Source: an uncultured delta proteobacterium | Lineage (GTDB): Bacteria > Myxococcota_A > UBA9160 > SMWR01 | NCBI GenBank assembly: GCA_963832165.1 | Contig: CAWHTE010000002.1 | Coordinates: forward strand, 128,001 to 192,000 | Reading direction: 5' to 3' | Length of the DNA stretch: 64,000 nucleotides | Shown: positions 19,442-29,800 of the stretch, in pieces | Layout of the letters: each line of letters starts with the position of its first letter | How positions within the stretch are numbered: the stretch's first letter is position 1 | Program-made: the position numbers and the translations under genes | The notes under the pieces: model-generated | What the model was told of the DNA's origin: nothing | The model's database searches: none | The model's input: only the letters and a program-made list of their open reading frames with translations

Positions 19442-20895
19442 ATGACCGACCCGAAGCCCATCCCGCTCATGGGGCGGCTCGCCGTCCATCTGAAGATGAT
19501 CAGCATGGATCAGCTCGCGGAGGCGCTGCGCGCCGTGGGCCGGGTCGGCGAGGAGAGCAAGCTCGGCGAGATGATGGTGGAGCTCGGCTTCATCGACCGG
19601 CGCGCGCTCGCCAAGCTGATCGACGCGCAGCGGCAGGTGCTCGCCAAGCACAAGGCGAAGGCGGCGCCGGCCGCCGAGCCGCCGGCCGCTGCGAAGCCCG
19701 TTCCGGCTCCGACTGCCCGGCCCCCGCGCCCGCACCGGCTCGGCAGAAGCCGCAGGCGGCTGCTGCTGCACCACGTGTTGCCGCACCCGCCGAGGGTCCC
19801 GCACCGATCGCGAGCGTCTCCGATTTTTCCGCGCCGACCGACGCCGACGCCGCGCGCTTCGCCGATCTTCTGCGCGGCGCGATCGCGCGCGGCGCTTCCG
19901 ACGTGCACCTGCACGCAGGCGCGCACGTGCAGGTCCGCATCGCGGGTCGGCTCACCGCCGAGGGCGATGCGCCGCTCGAGCGCGCGGCCGGCGAACGCAT
20001 GGTGCTCTCGTTCCTGAGTGCGGCCCAGCGCGAGGTGCTCGCAGCGCGCGGCGAGCTCGACGTCTGTCACACGCTCCCGGGCATCGGCCGCTTCCGCGCC
20101 AACCTCTACTGCGAGCAGCGCGGCCTCGACGGGGTGTTCCGCTTCATCTCCGCGACGCCGCCGACGCTCGAGCAGCTCGGTCTGCCGGCGCAGCTCGCGA
20201 AGTTCACGACCTATCACCAGGGCATGGTCGTGGTGACGGGACCCTCGGGCTGCGGGAAGTCGTCGACGATGGCTGCGCTCGTGAACCTGATCAACGAGGA
20301 GCGCCGCGAGCACATCCTCACGATCGAGGATCCGATCGAGTACGTGCACGAGTCGAAGCGCTGCCTCGTGAACCAGCGCAGCGCAGGAGACCACACGCAG
20401 TCGTTCGCGCGCGCGCTGCGCGCGGCCCTGCGCGAGGACCCGGACGTGATCGTGATCGGCGAGCTGCGCGACCTCGAGACCGTGTCGCTCGCGCTGTCGG
20501 CGGCCGAGACCGGCCACTTCGTGCTCGCCACGCTGCACACCGACAACGCGATCCGCACCGTGAACCGGCTGGTCGGCTCGTTCCCGGCCGACCAGCAGGA
20601 CCAGGTGCGCACGATGCTGTCGGAGTCGCTGCGCGCGGTGATCTCGCAGCGTCTGCTCGCGCGCGCCGACGGACAGGGACGCGTTCCCGCGCTCGAGACG
20701 ATGGTCGTCACGCGCGCGGTCGCGAACCTGATCCGCGAGAACAAGACGTTCCAGATCCACTCGATCCTGCAGACGGGCGCGTCCCAGGGCATGGCGCTGC
20801 TCGACAATTCGATCCGCGAGCTGGTGCAGAAGGGCGTGGTCAGCTCGGAAGAGGCCGCCCGGCACGTCGAGGACGCGAAGGCCGCCGCGGCCTAG
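19442..20895 (+). CDS. pilT: PilT/PilU family ATPase with N-terminal MshEN-like domain, frameshifted near 19717
   Basis: ASDVHL, GPSGCGKSST, TIEDPIE, EDPDVIVIGELRD, TLHT and AVANLIRE motifs; the N-terminal domain is in ORF 19322..20017. Confidence 0.85.
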
Positions 20896-20912
20896 CGAGC
20901 GGGGAGGAGTTC

Positions 20913-21992
20913 ATGGCCGCCATCGATGCGCTGCTGGTCGCTCTGAAGGAGCGCTCGGGCTCCGACCTCCACCTGGCCGCGGGCAACCCTCCGCGCCTGC
21001 GCGTGAAGGGCAACCTCGATCCGATCGAGGGCCAGGGTTCGCTCGACGACGCATCGCTGCGCGCGCTCATGCGCGAGATCGTCTCCGACGAGCAGTGGTC
21101 GGAGTACGAGGCGGACGGCGATCTCGACTTCGCGTACGGGCTGCCCGGCGTGGCGCGCTTCCGCGCGAACTATCTCGTGCAGCAGCACGGCGCGGGCGCG
21201 GTGTTCCGGATCATTCCCGAGCAGATCCTCACGGCCGAGCAGCTCGGGCTGCCGCCCGCGATCATCAAGCTCGCCGATCTGAACAAGGGTCTCGTGCTCG
21301 TGACCGGTCCGACTGGCTCGGGCAAGTCGACCACGCTCGCGGCGATCGTCGACCACATCAACCAGAACCACTGCAAGCACATCGTGACGATCGAGGATCC
21401 GGTCGAGTTCGTGCACCAGAACAACAAGTCGGTGCTCTCGCACCGCGAGGTCGGCTCGCACACCCAGGGCTTCGGTCCCGCACTGCGCGCGGCGATCCGC
21501 CAGGATGCCGACGTGGTGCTCGTGGGCGAGATGCGCGACCGCGAGACGATCGCGCTCGCGATCACGGCCGCCGAGATGGGCATGCTCGTGTTCGGCACGC
21601 TCCATACCAACAGCGCCGCCAAGACGATCGACCGCATCATCGACGCGTTCCCGGCCAAGGAGCAGAACCAGGTGCGGCTCTCGCTCTCCGAGTCGCTCGC
21701 GGCCGTCGTCTCGCAGCTGCTCGTGCCGACGGCCGATGGCAAGGGGCGCTGCGCGGTGCACGAGATCCTGCTGCGCACGTCGGCGCTGCCCAACATCATC
21801 CGCGAGGGGAAGATCACGATGCTGAACTCGCTGATCGAGGGCGGCAAGTCGCAGGGCATGCAGACGATGGACGACACGCTGTTCGCGCTGGTCAAGGCCG
21901 GCAAGATCCGCGGCAGCGACGCCTTCATGAAGGCGGCCAACAAGACGCGCTTCGAGTCGCTCGGCGGCGTCGACGAGCACGCGGCGGCCTGA
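20913..21992 (+). CDS. pilT: PilT/PilU family type IV pilus ATPase
   Basis: GSDLHL, GPTGSGKSTT, TIEDPVE, VGEMRD, TLHT, NIIRE and GMQTMD motifs. Confidence 0.92.
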   Translation: MAAIDALLVALKERSGSDLHLAAGNPPRLRVKGNLDPIEGQGSLDDASLRALMREIVSDEQWSEYEADGDLDFAYGLPGVARFRANYLVQQHGAGAVFRIIPEQILTAEQLGLPPAIIKLADLNKGLVLVTGPTGSGKSTTLAAIVDHINQNHCKHIVTIEDPVEFVHQNNKSVLSHREVGSHTQGFGPALRAAIRQDADVVLVGEMRDRETIALAITAAEMGMLVFGTLHTNSAAKTIDRIIDAFPAKEQNQVRLSLSESLAAVVSQLLVPTADGKGRCAVHEILLRTSALPNIIREGKITMLNSLIEGGKSQGMQTMDDTLFALVKAGKIRGSDAFMKAANKTRFESLGGVDEHAAA

Positions 21993-22025
21993 CCCGAGGC
22001 CTGGCGCGGCTATCCTTCCGCGCCC

Positions 22026-23216
22026 ATGACCGACCGGACCCGCCGCAGCCTCGGAATCGCCGTATTCCTCGCGCTCGCGATCGCGTTCCTGTCGGCCACC
22101 CACTACTACCTCGCGCTGCGGCTCGCGATCGATCCGGGGTGGCCGGAGCCGTTCCGCTCGCTCGGGGTCGCCGTGATCGCCGCGGGTGCGGTGCTGATCG
22201 TGCTGCATCCGATCGTCGAGCGCGTGCTCCCGCGCGCGGTCGCGCGCTGGGTGTCGTGGCCCGCCTCGATCTGGATGGGGGCGTTCTTCTGGCTGTTGCT
22301 CTTGTTATTCGCGAGCGATGCGCTGCTGTGGCTCGCGGGCGGTGTGGCGCGCGCGGCGGATGCCAGTGCGCCGGGCGAGAGCGCGGCCGGATGGCGAGCG
22401 GGCCTCGTGCTTGTGATCACGGGCATCGCCATCGCGGCGGGGCTGCGCTCGGGACTCGGTCCTCCCTCGCTGCGGACCGAGACGTTCGCGATCGAGCGCT
22501 GGCCGCGCGTGCTCGACGGGTTTCGGATCGTGCAGATCTCCGACATCCACATCGGCCCGCTGCTCGGGCGCGAATTCGCCGCGGAGCTCGCACGGCGCGT
22601 GAACGCGCTCGCGCCCGACCTGATCGCGGTCACGGGCGACCTGGTCGACGGCAGTGCGCCGCGCCTGCGGGACGAGGTGGCACCGTTCGGAGAGCTGCGC
22701 GCGCGCTGCGGCGTGTACTTCGTGACCGGCAACCACGACCATTATTCGGGCGCCAGCCATTGGAGCGACGCAGTGGGCGCGCTCGGCATGCGCGTGCTGC
22801 GCAACGAGCGCGTGGAGGTGGGATCGCCCGGCGCGAGCTTCGATCTCGTGGGCGTCGACGATCACCACGCGCACTTCGCGGGCGACGGTCGCGAGGACCT
22901 CGAGCGCGCGCTGGCAGGGCGCGACCCCGAGCGCGCCGCCGTGCTGCTCGCGCACGACCCCGCCACGTTCGGGCGCGCGCGCGCGCAGGCGATCGATCTC
23001 CAGCTCTCGGGTCACACGCACGGGGGCCAGATCTGGCCGTTCGCGTGGTTCGTGCGGATCGCCACACCCTACGTGGCCGGGCGCTACCGCGACGGCCGGG
23101 CGCAGCTCTACGTGAGTCGCGGCACCGGATTCTGGGGGCCGCCGATGCGCCTGTTTGCACCCGCCGAGATCACCGAGATCATCGTGCGAAGCTTGTCGAA
23201 GGAGGCGACGTCATGA
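22026..23216 (+). CDS. Membrane metallophosphoesterase (YkuE/YaeI-like)
   Basis: N-terminal TM helices; SDIH, GDLVD, GNHD, LAHDP and SGHTHGGQ motifs. Confidence 0.9.
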   Translation: MTDRTRRSLGIAVFLALAIAFLSATHYYLALRLAIDPGWPEPFRSLGVAVIAAGAVLIVLHPIVERVLPRAVARWVSWPASIWMGAFFWLLLLLFASDALLWLAGGVARAADASAPGESAAGWRAGLVLVITGIAIAAGLRSGLGPPSLRTETFAIERWPRVLDGFRIVQISDIHIGPLLGREFAAELARRVNALAPDLIAVTGDLVDGSAPRLRDEVAPFGELRARCGVYFVTGNHDHYSGASHWSDAVGALGMRVLRNERVEVGSPGASFDLVGVDDHHAHFAGDGREDLERALAGRDPERAAVLLAHDPATFGRARAQAIDLQLSGHTHGGQIWPFAWFVRIATPYVAGRYRDGRAQLYVSRGTGFWGPPMRLFAPAEITEIIVRSLSKEATS

Positions 23217-24451
23217 TCGAGTGGAGTGAGCAGCATCAGATGATCCGCGACGCCCTGCGCCGCTTCATCGAAGCGGAGATCGCGCCGCAGGTCGAGGCGC
23301 TCGAGCACGGCGACCTCCCGCCCTACGAGATCCTGCGCAAGATGTTTCGCACGTTCGGGCTCGACGAGCTCGCGCGCCAGCGCTTCAAGTCCCAGATCGC
23401 GCGCGAGGGCTCGGAGCGATCGGAGCGGGAGCCGCGCGAGGGCGGCGGCCAGGGCGGAGGCGAGGGGCGCGGCGACGCGGCCGCGATGCCGCTGCTCGCG
23501 ATCATCGAGCTGTGCCGCTACTGCCCGGGCATGGTCACCGCGATGGGCGTCTCGGTGGGGCTCGCCGCCGCGGCGATCCTGTCCAAGGGCACGACGGCGC
23601 AGAAGGAGCGCTGGGCGCTCGACCTGCTCACGTTCGACAAGATCGGCGCGTGGGCGATCACGGAGCCCGATTCGGGATCCGACGCGTTCGGCAGCATGAA
23701 GTCGACCGCGAAGCGCGACGGACAGGGCGGCTACGTGCTGAACGGGACCAAGACCTTCATCACGAACGGGCCCTACGCCGACACGATCGTGTTCATCTGC
23801 AAGCTCGATGAGCCCGGGGTGGCGCCCGCCGATCGGCCTGTACTCACGTTCGTGCTCGACCGCGGGATGCCGGGCCTCACCCAGAGCAAGCCGCTGCGCA
23901 AGATGGGCCTGCACTCGTCTCCGACCGGCGAGCTGTTCCTGCAGGACGTGCGCGTGGGCTCGGAGCGGCTGCTCGGCGAGAGCGAAGCCGCGCAATCGCG
24001 CTCGGGCGCGAAGGCGACCTTCTCGATCGAGCGCACGGGCGTGGCCGCGATGGCGCTCGGGATCGTGGAGCGCTGTCTCGAGCTCTCGCTCGCCTACGCG
24101 CGCGAGCGGGTGCAGTTCGGGAAGCCGATCGGCGAGTTCCAGCTGATCCAGGACAAGCTCGCGCGCATGGAGGTGGCGCGGATGAACCTCCAGAACCTCG
24201 TGTTCCGCCAGGTCGAGCTGGCCGCGGCCGGACGCACCCCCACGCTCGCGGAGGCGTCCGCGATGAAGCTCTACTCGGCGCGCGCGGCGATGGAGGTGGC
24301 GCTCGAGGCGGTGCAGGTCTACGGCGGCAACGGATACATGGCCGAATACCGCGTGGAGCAGTTCGCGCGCGACGCGAAGGTGCTGCAGATCTACGCGGGA
24401 ACCGACGAGATCCAGATCTCCGCGATCGCGCGGTCGCTGCTCGCGGGGTAG
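23213..24451 (+). CDS. Acyl-CoA dehydrogenase
   Basis: AWAITEPDSGSD, LNGTKTFITNG, RVQFGKPIGEFQ, GGNGY and IYAGTDEIQ motifs. Confidence 0.93.
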   Translation: MIEWSEQHQMIRDALRRFIEAEIAPQVEALEHGDLPPYEILRKMFRTFGLDELARQRFKSQIAREGSERSEREPREGGGQGGGEGRGDAAAMPLLAIIELCRYCPGMVTAMGVSVGLAAAAILSKGTTAQKERWALDLLTFDKIGAWAITEPDSGSDAFGSMKSTAKRDGQGGYVLNGTKTFITNGPYADTIVFICKLDEPGVAPADRPVLTFVLDRGMPGLTQSKPLRKMGLHSSPTGELFLQDVRVGSERLLGESEAAQSRSGAKATFSIERTGVAAMALGIVERCLELSLAYARERVQFGKPIGEFQLIQDKLARMEVARMNLQNLVFRQVELAAAGRTPTLAEASAMKLYSARAAMEVALEAVQVYGGNGYMAEYRVEQFARDAKVLQIYAGTDEIQISAIARSLLAG

Positions 24452-24521
24452 CGGAACGCTCGCATGGGCCTGTAACGGTTCTCGCGCACCCGAAACCGAA
24501 AAAAACGAGCGCGATCTCTGA

Positions 24522-24547
24522 TCAAGGTGGCTTTCCGTCCCACCGAT
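24522..24547 (+). promoter_or_regulatory. Putative sigma28-like promoter
   Basis: TCAAG-N15-ACCGAT; a second, weaker CGAAC-N15-GCCGAT lies at 24579-24604. Confidence 0.45.
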
Positions 24548-24614
24548 AGCTCCTTCAAGAACCGGATCTGCGTGCGGGCGAACGGCCCGTGCCTTCCGGC
24601 CGATGGGAGCTCCG

Positions 24615-25262
24615 ATGGCCAAGCGCACCGAGTCGAACAGCCAGGGACGCCGCGACCTCGCGGGCTGGCTGATGATGCTGCTGCCGGGTTTCATGTTCCT
24701 GGGATTGCTCGCGCCCGCTGCGGTGAGCGTGAAGCCGGTCGCTGTGGTCACCGAGCAGACCGACGAGATCTCGTTCCGCAACTTCACGCCGCGTCGCCCG
24801 CTCGCCTCGTCGATCGATATCGCGCGCAGCATCCTCGATACGCCCGCGAATGCGGTCGAGCCGGTGTTCACGGGCGCGACCTACGTCGTCGAGCAGGCCA
24901 AGCGCATCGTCCAGCACGGCAGCACCCCCGACGTGGCGGCGGCTGCCGAAGACAATCAGATCCTGCTCGCGGCCGAGGAGAACGGCGTCGAGGAATACGT
25001 TGCGGACACGCTCTTCGACCAGCCGACGGACACGACGGTGCTCGTGGCCGACCTCTCGCCGGTCTGGGATCCGGCCGTGTTCGACGTGATCCCGGGTTTG
25101 CTCGTGCGCGACGGCTACCAGATGTGGGACGACTTCCACGGCACCGGTACCGGCCGGCCCCTGGGGCCGCCGCGACCGCTCGTGGTTCCGGAGCCCGCGA
25201 CGGGTGCGTTGCTCGCGATCGGTCTCAGCGCGCTCGCGCTGCGCCGCCGAAATCGCGCCTAG
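24615..25262 (+). CDS. PEP-CTERM sorting domain protein
   Basis: C-terminal VPEPATGALLAIGLSALALRRRNRA; N-terminal hydrophobic segment; GGGAG RBS favours ATG 24615 over 24603. Confidence 0.88.
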   Translation: MAKRTESNSQGRRDLAGWLMMLLPGFMFLGLLAPAAVSVKPVAVVTEQTDEISFRNFTPRRPLASSIDIARSILDTPANAVEPVFTGATYVVEQAKRIVQHGSTPDVAAAAEDNQILLAAEENGVEEYVADTLFDQPTDTTVLVADLSPVWDPAVFDVIPGLLVRDGYQMWDDFHGTGTGRPLGPPRPLVVPEPATGALLAIGLSALALRRRNRA

Positions 25263-25295
25263 CGATCACTCGCGGCAATAGCCTCTCGGCTCCGA

Positions 25296-25919
25296 TCAGG
25301 CGCGGCGTCGCCGCCGGACGGCGGTCGGCCGTCGCGAGGGCGCCACAGTGAGGGAATCGATCAGCGTCTCTGCTGCACGCGCGTAGGCGTCGACGTCGAG
25401 CTTGGGGTCCCACGCCTGCTGCAACACGAGGCCCTGGAAGAGCGACGCGGTCAGGCGCGCGGTGGCGTCGGCATCCACGCCCGGAATGCGGCGGAACAGC
25501 TTCGCGAGCGCCGCGAGCGGCTCGTCGAGGCCCTCGCGCACCACGCGCATCACGCGCGGGCTGCGCAGCGCCTCGCCCCAGAGCTGCACCGTCACGCGCC
25601 GCCAGGTCTGCTCGCCCGGGTCGGAGAGCCGCAAGAGGAACGCCCGCACGAGGTCGCCCAGTGCCTCGCGCACGTCGTCGCGTTCGGCCGCGTCGCGCAA
25701 GAGCGCGAGCTCCGCGGCGTGGTGGCGCGCCGCGATCGCCGCGATCAGGTCTTCCTTCGCGGGGAAGTAGCGGTAGAGCGCGCCCGGTGAGAGACCCGAC
25801 TCCGCGACGATGTGCTGCATGGTCGTGCGGTGGAAGCCCTCGCGCGCGAAGCAGCGCAGCGCCGCGGCGAGGATCTCCTCGCGGCGGCGGTCGAGGTAGT
25901 CGCGGCTCACGCGCGGCAT
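25296..25919 (-). CDS. TetR/AcrR family transcriptional regulator
   Basis: RREEILAAALRCFAREGFHRTTM...SPGALYRYFPAKEDL HTH. Confidence 0.93.
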   Translation of the reverse strand: MPRVSRDYLDRRREEILAAALRCFAREGFHRTTMQHIVAESGLSPGALYRYFPAKEDLIAAIAARHHAAELALLRDAAERDDVREALGDLVRAFLLRLSDPGEQTWRRVTVQLWGEALRSPRVMRVVREGLDEPLAALAKLFRRIPGVDADATARLTASLFQGLVLQQAWDPKLDVDAYARAAETLIDSLTVAPSRRPTAVRRRRRA

Positions 25920-26743
25920 CGCACCGAGACCACGTGGTAGTAGGCCGAGACGGGTGGACCCGCCTCGGGGTAGTACAGGCGCGCCGCTTCGGAGAGCGGC
26001 AGGTCACACTCGAGCTCGAGCCCTCGGTCGGCCAGGTACGCGCGCAGCTCGCCCGGATCGAAGCCGAACGTGAACGGCTCGCCGAGCCCCTTCACGTAGG
26101 CGACCGACTCGGGCCCACCCGCGAAGTCGGCGCGCCCGTCCAGCACGGCGCGGTCCACGTACGTGAACAGCAGGGCCTGGCCTGCGCGCGCGACGAAGCG
26201 CAGCGTCGCGTCGACGGTGGGCTCGTCGAGATAGTTCGTGACGCCTTCCCAGAGGAAGAGCGTGCGCACTTCAGGTTTCAGGCCAGCGCGCGCGAGCGCG
26301 TCGGGCAGCGCGTCGCGCGTGAGATCGACGGGCACATAGGTCACGTGGGCGGGAGCCGCGCCGACGACGCGGCGCTTCATCGCCTGCGTGGCGGGGTGGT
26401 CGACCTCGAACACGCGCACGCGCTCGACGCCGGGCAGACGGTGTGCGCGCGCGTCGAAGCCCGCTCCGAGCAGCACGAGCTGGTCGAGCCCGTGCGCGAG
26501 ACGAGCGGCGATCGCGTCGTCGAGCCAGCGCGTGCGCACGCACACGGCCGCGCGCGGTCCGGGCCAGCGCGCGTCGATCGCGCGCGCGAGCGCGGCCGCG
26601 GGCAGCAGCGCCGCGAGCCGATAGCGCCCGCGCAGGAAACGCCGCGCCCACGGATCGGCGAACAGCGGGCGGGGCAGGCGCTGCTCGAGCGCGCGGAAGA
26701 GCGCGTTGTGCTGGGCGGTGCGGCTGGGGCGGCCGGCGAGCAT
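25907..26743 (-). CDS. SAM-dependent methyltransferase (leucine carboxyl methyltransferase-like)
   Basis: FADPWA, RTRWLD, QLVLLGAGFDARAHRL, FEVDHP and WEGVTNYL motifs. Confidence 0.9.
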   Translation of the reverse strand: MLAGRPSRTAQHNALFRALEQRLPRPLFADPWARRFLRGRYRLAALLPAAALARAIDARWPGPRAAVCVRTRWLDDAIAARLAHGLDQLVLLGAGFDARAHRLPGVERVRVFEVDHPATQAMKRRVVGAAPAHVTYVPVDLTRDALPDALARAGLKPEVRTLFLWEGVTNYLDEPTVDATLRFVARAGQALLFTYVDRAVLDGRADFAGGPESVAYVKGLGEPFTFGFDPGELRAYLADRGLELECDLPLSEAARLYYPEAGPPVSAYYHVVSVRCRA

Positions 26744-26764
26744 CCACTTCTCCGAGTCTAAATA

Positions 26765-26807
26765 GAACGGACGTTCGCTTTATATCGGGCCGGCCGCGTG
26801 CAGTCAA
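26765..26807 (-). promoter_or_regulatory. Sigma70 promoter with a palindromic operator, likely TetR-bound
   Basis: TTGACT (26807-26802), 17 nt spacer, TATAAA (26784-26779); inverted repeat GAACG-GA-CGTTC at 26765-26776. Confidence 0.75.
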
Positions 26808-26873
26808 GGCGGGATCCGCGTTTCGGCTCCTCCGTGGGCGGCGGCGTCGGTGAGAGGCGGATGGCCGCCCTAC
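26808..26873 (-). repeat. Degenerate REP-like element(s)
   Basis: GGCGGGATCCGCGTTTCGGCTCCTCC resembles the reverse complement of the 37032 element; CCGCCCTAC includes the kinase stop codon. Confidence 0.55.
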
Positions 26874-29800
26874 GCGATCAGGGCGCGCAGCGCTTCGCCG
26901 ACCTCGGCCGCGTGCGCAGGCCGCTCGGCCGGCTGCTTGGCCAGCATGCGCAGGATCAGCGTCGCGAGCTCGGCCGGCACGGTCGTCTCGATCTCGCGCG
27001 GGTCGGGCGGCGGCTCGTGCGCGTGCAGGTAGGCGATGTCGCCGTCGGAGAACGGCAGTGCGCCGGTCACGAGCTGGAACAGCGTTACGCCGAACGCGTA
27101 CAGGTCGGCGCGGTGGTCGACGCCCTGGCCGCGCGCCTGCTCGGGCGCCATGTAGTAGGGCGTGCCGCCCACGACGGTGGTGGAGCGGCGGACCTCCTCG
27201 AGCGACTTCGCGATCCCGAAGTCCATGATCTTCACGAGCTGATCCTTGGTGAAGAACAGGTTCGCGGTCTTGATGTCGCGGTGCACGATCCTGCGCTCAT
27301 GCGCGTAGTGCAGGCCCGCGGCGATCTGCGAGCCGATCCGCGCGGTGTCGCGCGCGGTGAGCTTCTTGCGGCGCGAGAGGATGTCGTTGAGCGCGCGGCC
27401 CTCGAGCAGCTCCATCGAGATGAAGTAGGTGCCGTCCTCGTGGCCCGCATCGAAGATCGTCACGATGTTGCGGTGATTGAGCGCAGCTGCGGCGCGCGCC
27501 TCGCGCTCGAACAGCTCCACCGCGGTCGGGTGCTCGCGCAGGTTGTCGGGCAGGCGCTTGAGCGCGACGACGCGTCCGAGGCGCTTGTCGCGCGCCTTGT
27601 ACACCACGCCCATGCCGCCGCGACCGATCTCCTCGAGCAGCTCGTAGCGGCTCTCGGCGCGCTGCGTCGGCGCGGTGCGCTCCGGCGGTCGGGTGGCCTC
27701 GGCCGCGATCTCGCTGCGCAGCTCCTGGATGCGCGCGGTGAGGTCGGTGCGCTGGACGTCGCGGCGCTGGATCGTCTCGAAGGTCGAGAGCGCCTGCTCG
27801 CGCCGGCGCGCGCGCACGAGGATCTCCGCGTAGCTCTCGAGCACGTCGAGCGAGGCCGACTCGATGCCCGACGGCCCGAGCGCCTCCTCGAACTTCGCGA
27901 CCGCGAGATCGTGGTCGCCGCGCTCGGAGACGATCTCCGCGATCACGCGGCTGACGTGGCGGTAGTCGGTGTGGCGCGCGTCGATCAGCTGGAGGTTGTG
28001 GATCGCGCGGTCGAGGTCGCCCATCCCGCGCGCGATCTGCGCGGCGTCCTGGTACTCACCGAGCTTCTCGAGCAGGTCGAGCTGGCGCGCTTCGTCGCCC
28101 TGCTCGCGCCAGCACTCGAGCGCGTTGCCGTAGTCGTAGATCTCCTCGTAGCAGCGCGCGGCCTCGGCCCACTCGCCAGCGGCGCGGCGCGCGGCGGCGG
28201 CCTGCGCGAGATTGCCCGATTGCTCGTACAGCGCCGCCGAGGCCGAGTGATCGGCGTCGGAGGCGCGCAGCGCGGCGGCCTGGGTGAGATCGCCGAGCGC
28301 CTCGAGCTCGGCCGCGGCGTCGCCGGAGCGTCCCGATCGCTCGAGCAGCCCGGCGCGCAGCCGTCGCGCGGCGCTGTCGTTGCCGGCCGCCGCGAGCGCG
28401 TCCGCGGCGGTGGCGTGGTCGCCGACGAGATAGGGCTCGACCGCAGCCGGGCAGCCGCGGAACACCGCGTCGCATTCGGCGAGGTCGATGTGCAGCGGGA
28501 TCGCGGAGTCGAGATTCTCGATTCGCACCTGGAACGCGCCGACGGTGTCCTTGGAGCCGATCAGGATCGTGTAGTCGCCGCGGCCCAGATAGAGATAGAC
28601 GATGCCGTCGCGCGCATAGCGCATCGAAGAGCGGTCGCCTGCGATCGCGACGCGCGCCGAGGCGACGCTGCGCCCTTCTTCGTTCACCTTCACCTCGACA
28701 GCGCACTCGCGCGGCCGGAAGTCGAAGTCCACCTGGTTGACCGCGCCGCGCCGCACGCGGATCTTCTGCTCCTCGAGGAAGTGCCCGATGATCTCCTTGC
28801 CCGTCGCGTCGAGCAGCGGCCCGCCCACCGTGATCGTGTAGTCCGAGCGGCGCGCGGGGATCCAGCGGAACGTGCTTTCGCGCCCCGCCATGTGCGACTC
28901 GTAGCGGCGCAGGAAGTCGAGCTTTCGCTTCGAGCGGATCTTCTCGCGGCCGGTCTTCTTGCTGACGCGCTTCTGCGCGACCTGATCGGAGCGCTTGGTG
29001 ATGTGGATGCTGAAGTAGCCCTTGGTCTTGTCGGGCAGCGCGATGCGCACGACCACGGTGCCCCAGCCGCGCAGCATCGGGAACAGCACGAACAGCGCGA
29101 ACAGGACGTAGGCCGCGAACGCGTCGTAGTTCCACGTCACCCAGGCAGCGCTGTCCGAGGCGATGCACTCGGTGGCGCTGAGGATCTGCACGAACTGCGG
29201 ATCCGACCCGTGCAGGAAGCGCGTCTCGACGGCGAACGTGCCCTGCTCGCACGCGATGCCCGCGTAGTCCTGCGGACGCACCAGCAGGCGCGAGACGAAC
29301 ACACCGTCGGTGCCGAGCACGCCGTTCACGCTCGCGATCGCGTCGGCCGAGAGCGAGTCCGGGCGGTCGAACGCGAACAGCTGGTCGATGCGGTCACCGA
29401 GCACGGTCAGATCGACGCCATCGATCGGCCGCGCCGGTGCGAAGTGCGCCGCGACCGCGCCCGCAATCGCGCTCTCGAGCGCGTCCGCGCTGGGCTCGCG
29501 CGGGCGCGCGTAGCGCCACAGCCAGGCCCGCCAGTCGTTCGGTTCGCGCACGCCGATCAGCACGGCGGGCCGGCGGCTCGCCTGCGGGATGCCCGCGGCG
29601 AAGCTCGTGATCATGGCGTCGAGGTCGCCGTTTCCCGCCGCGCGCTCGGGGGCGGCTCCGCTCGCGGACGCGGGCGTGCCCGCGAGGCGGCCCGCGAGCG
29701 CTCGCTGGCCCGCAGCGCCCGCGGCGTCGGCGACCGCTTCGAGGATCCCCGCGAGCTGCTCGCGCAGCGAGGGGTCGTCGGGCTCGATCGACACCGCGCG

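Noticed and set aside
19700..19730. Programmed frameshift in pilT
   Set aside because: No recognisable slippery heptamer; it lies in a C run, and four other genes show similar single indels.
21095..23212. 1118-aa ORF suggesting a large acyl-CoA dehydrogenase fusion
   Set aside because: The upstream part overlaps pilT and the phosphoesterase out of frame; the true start is ATG 23213 after GGAGG.
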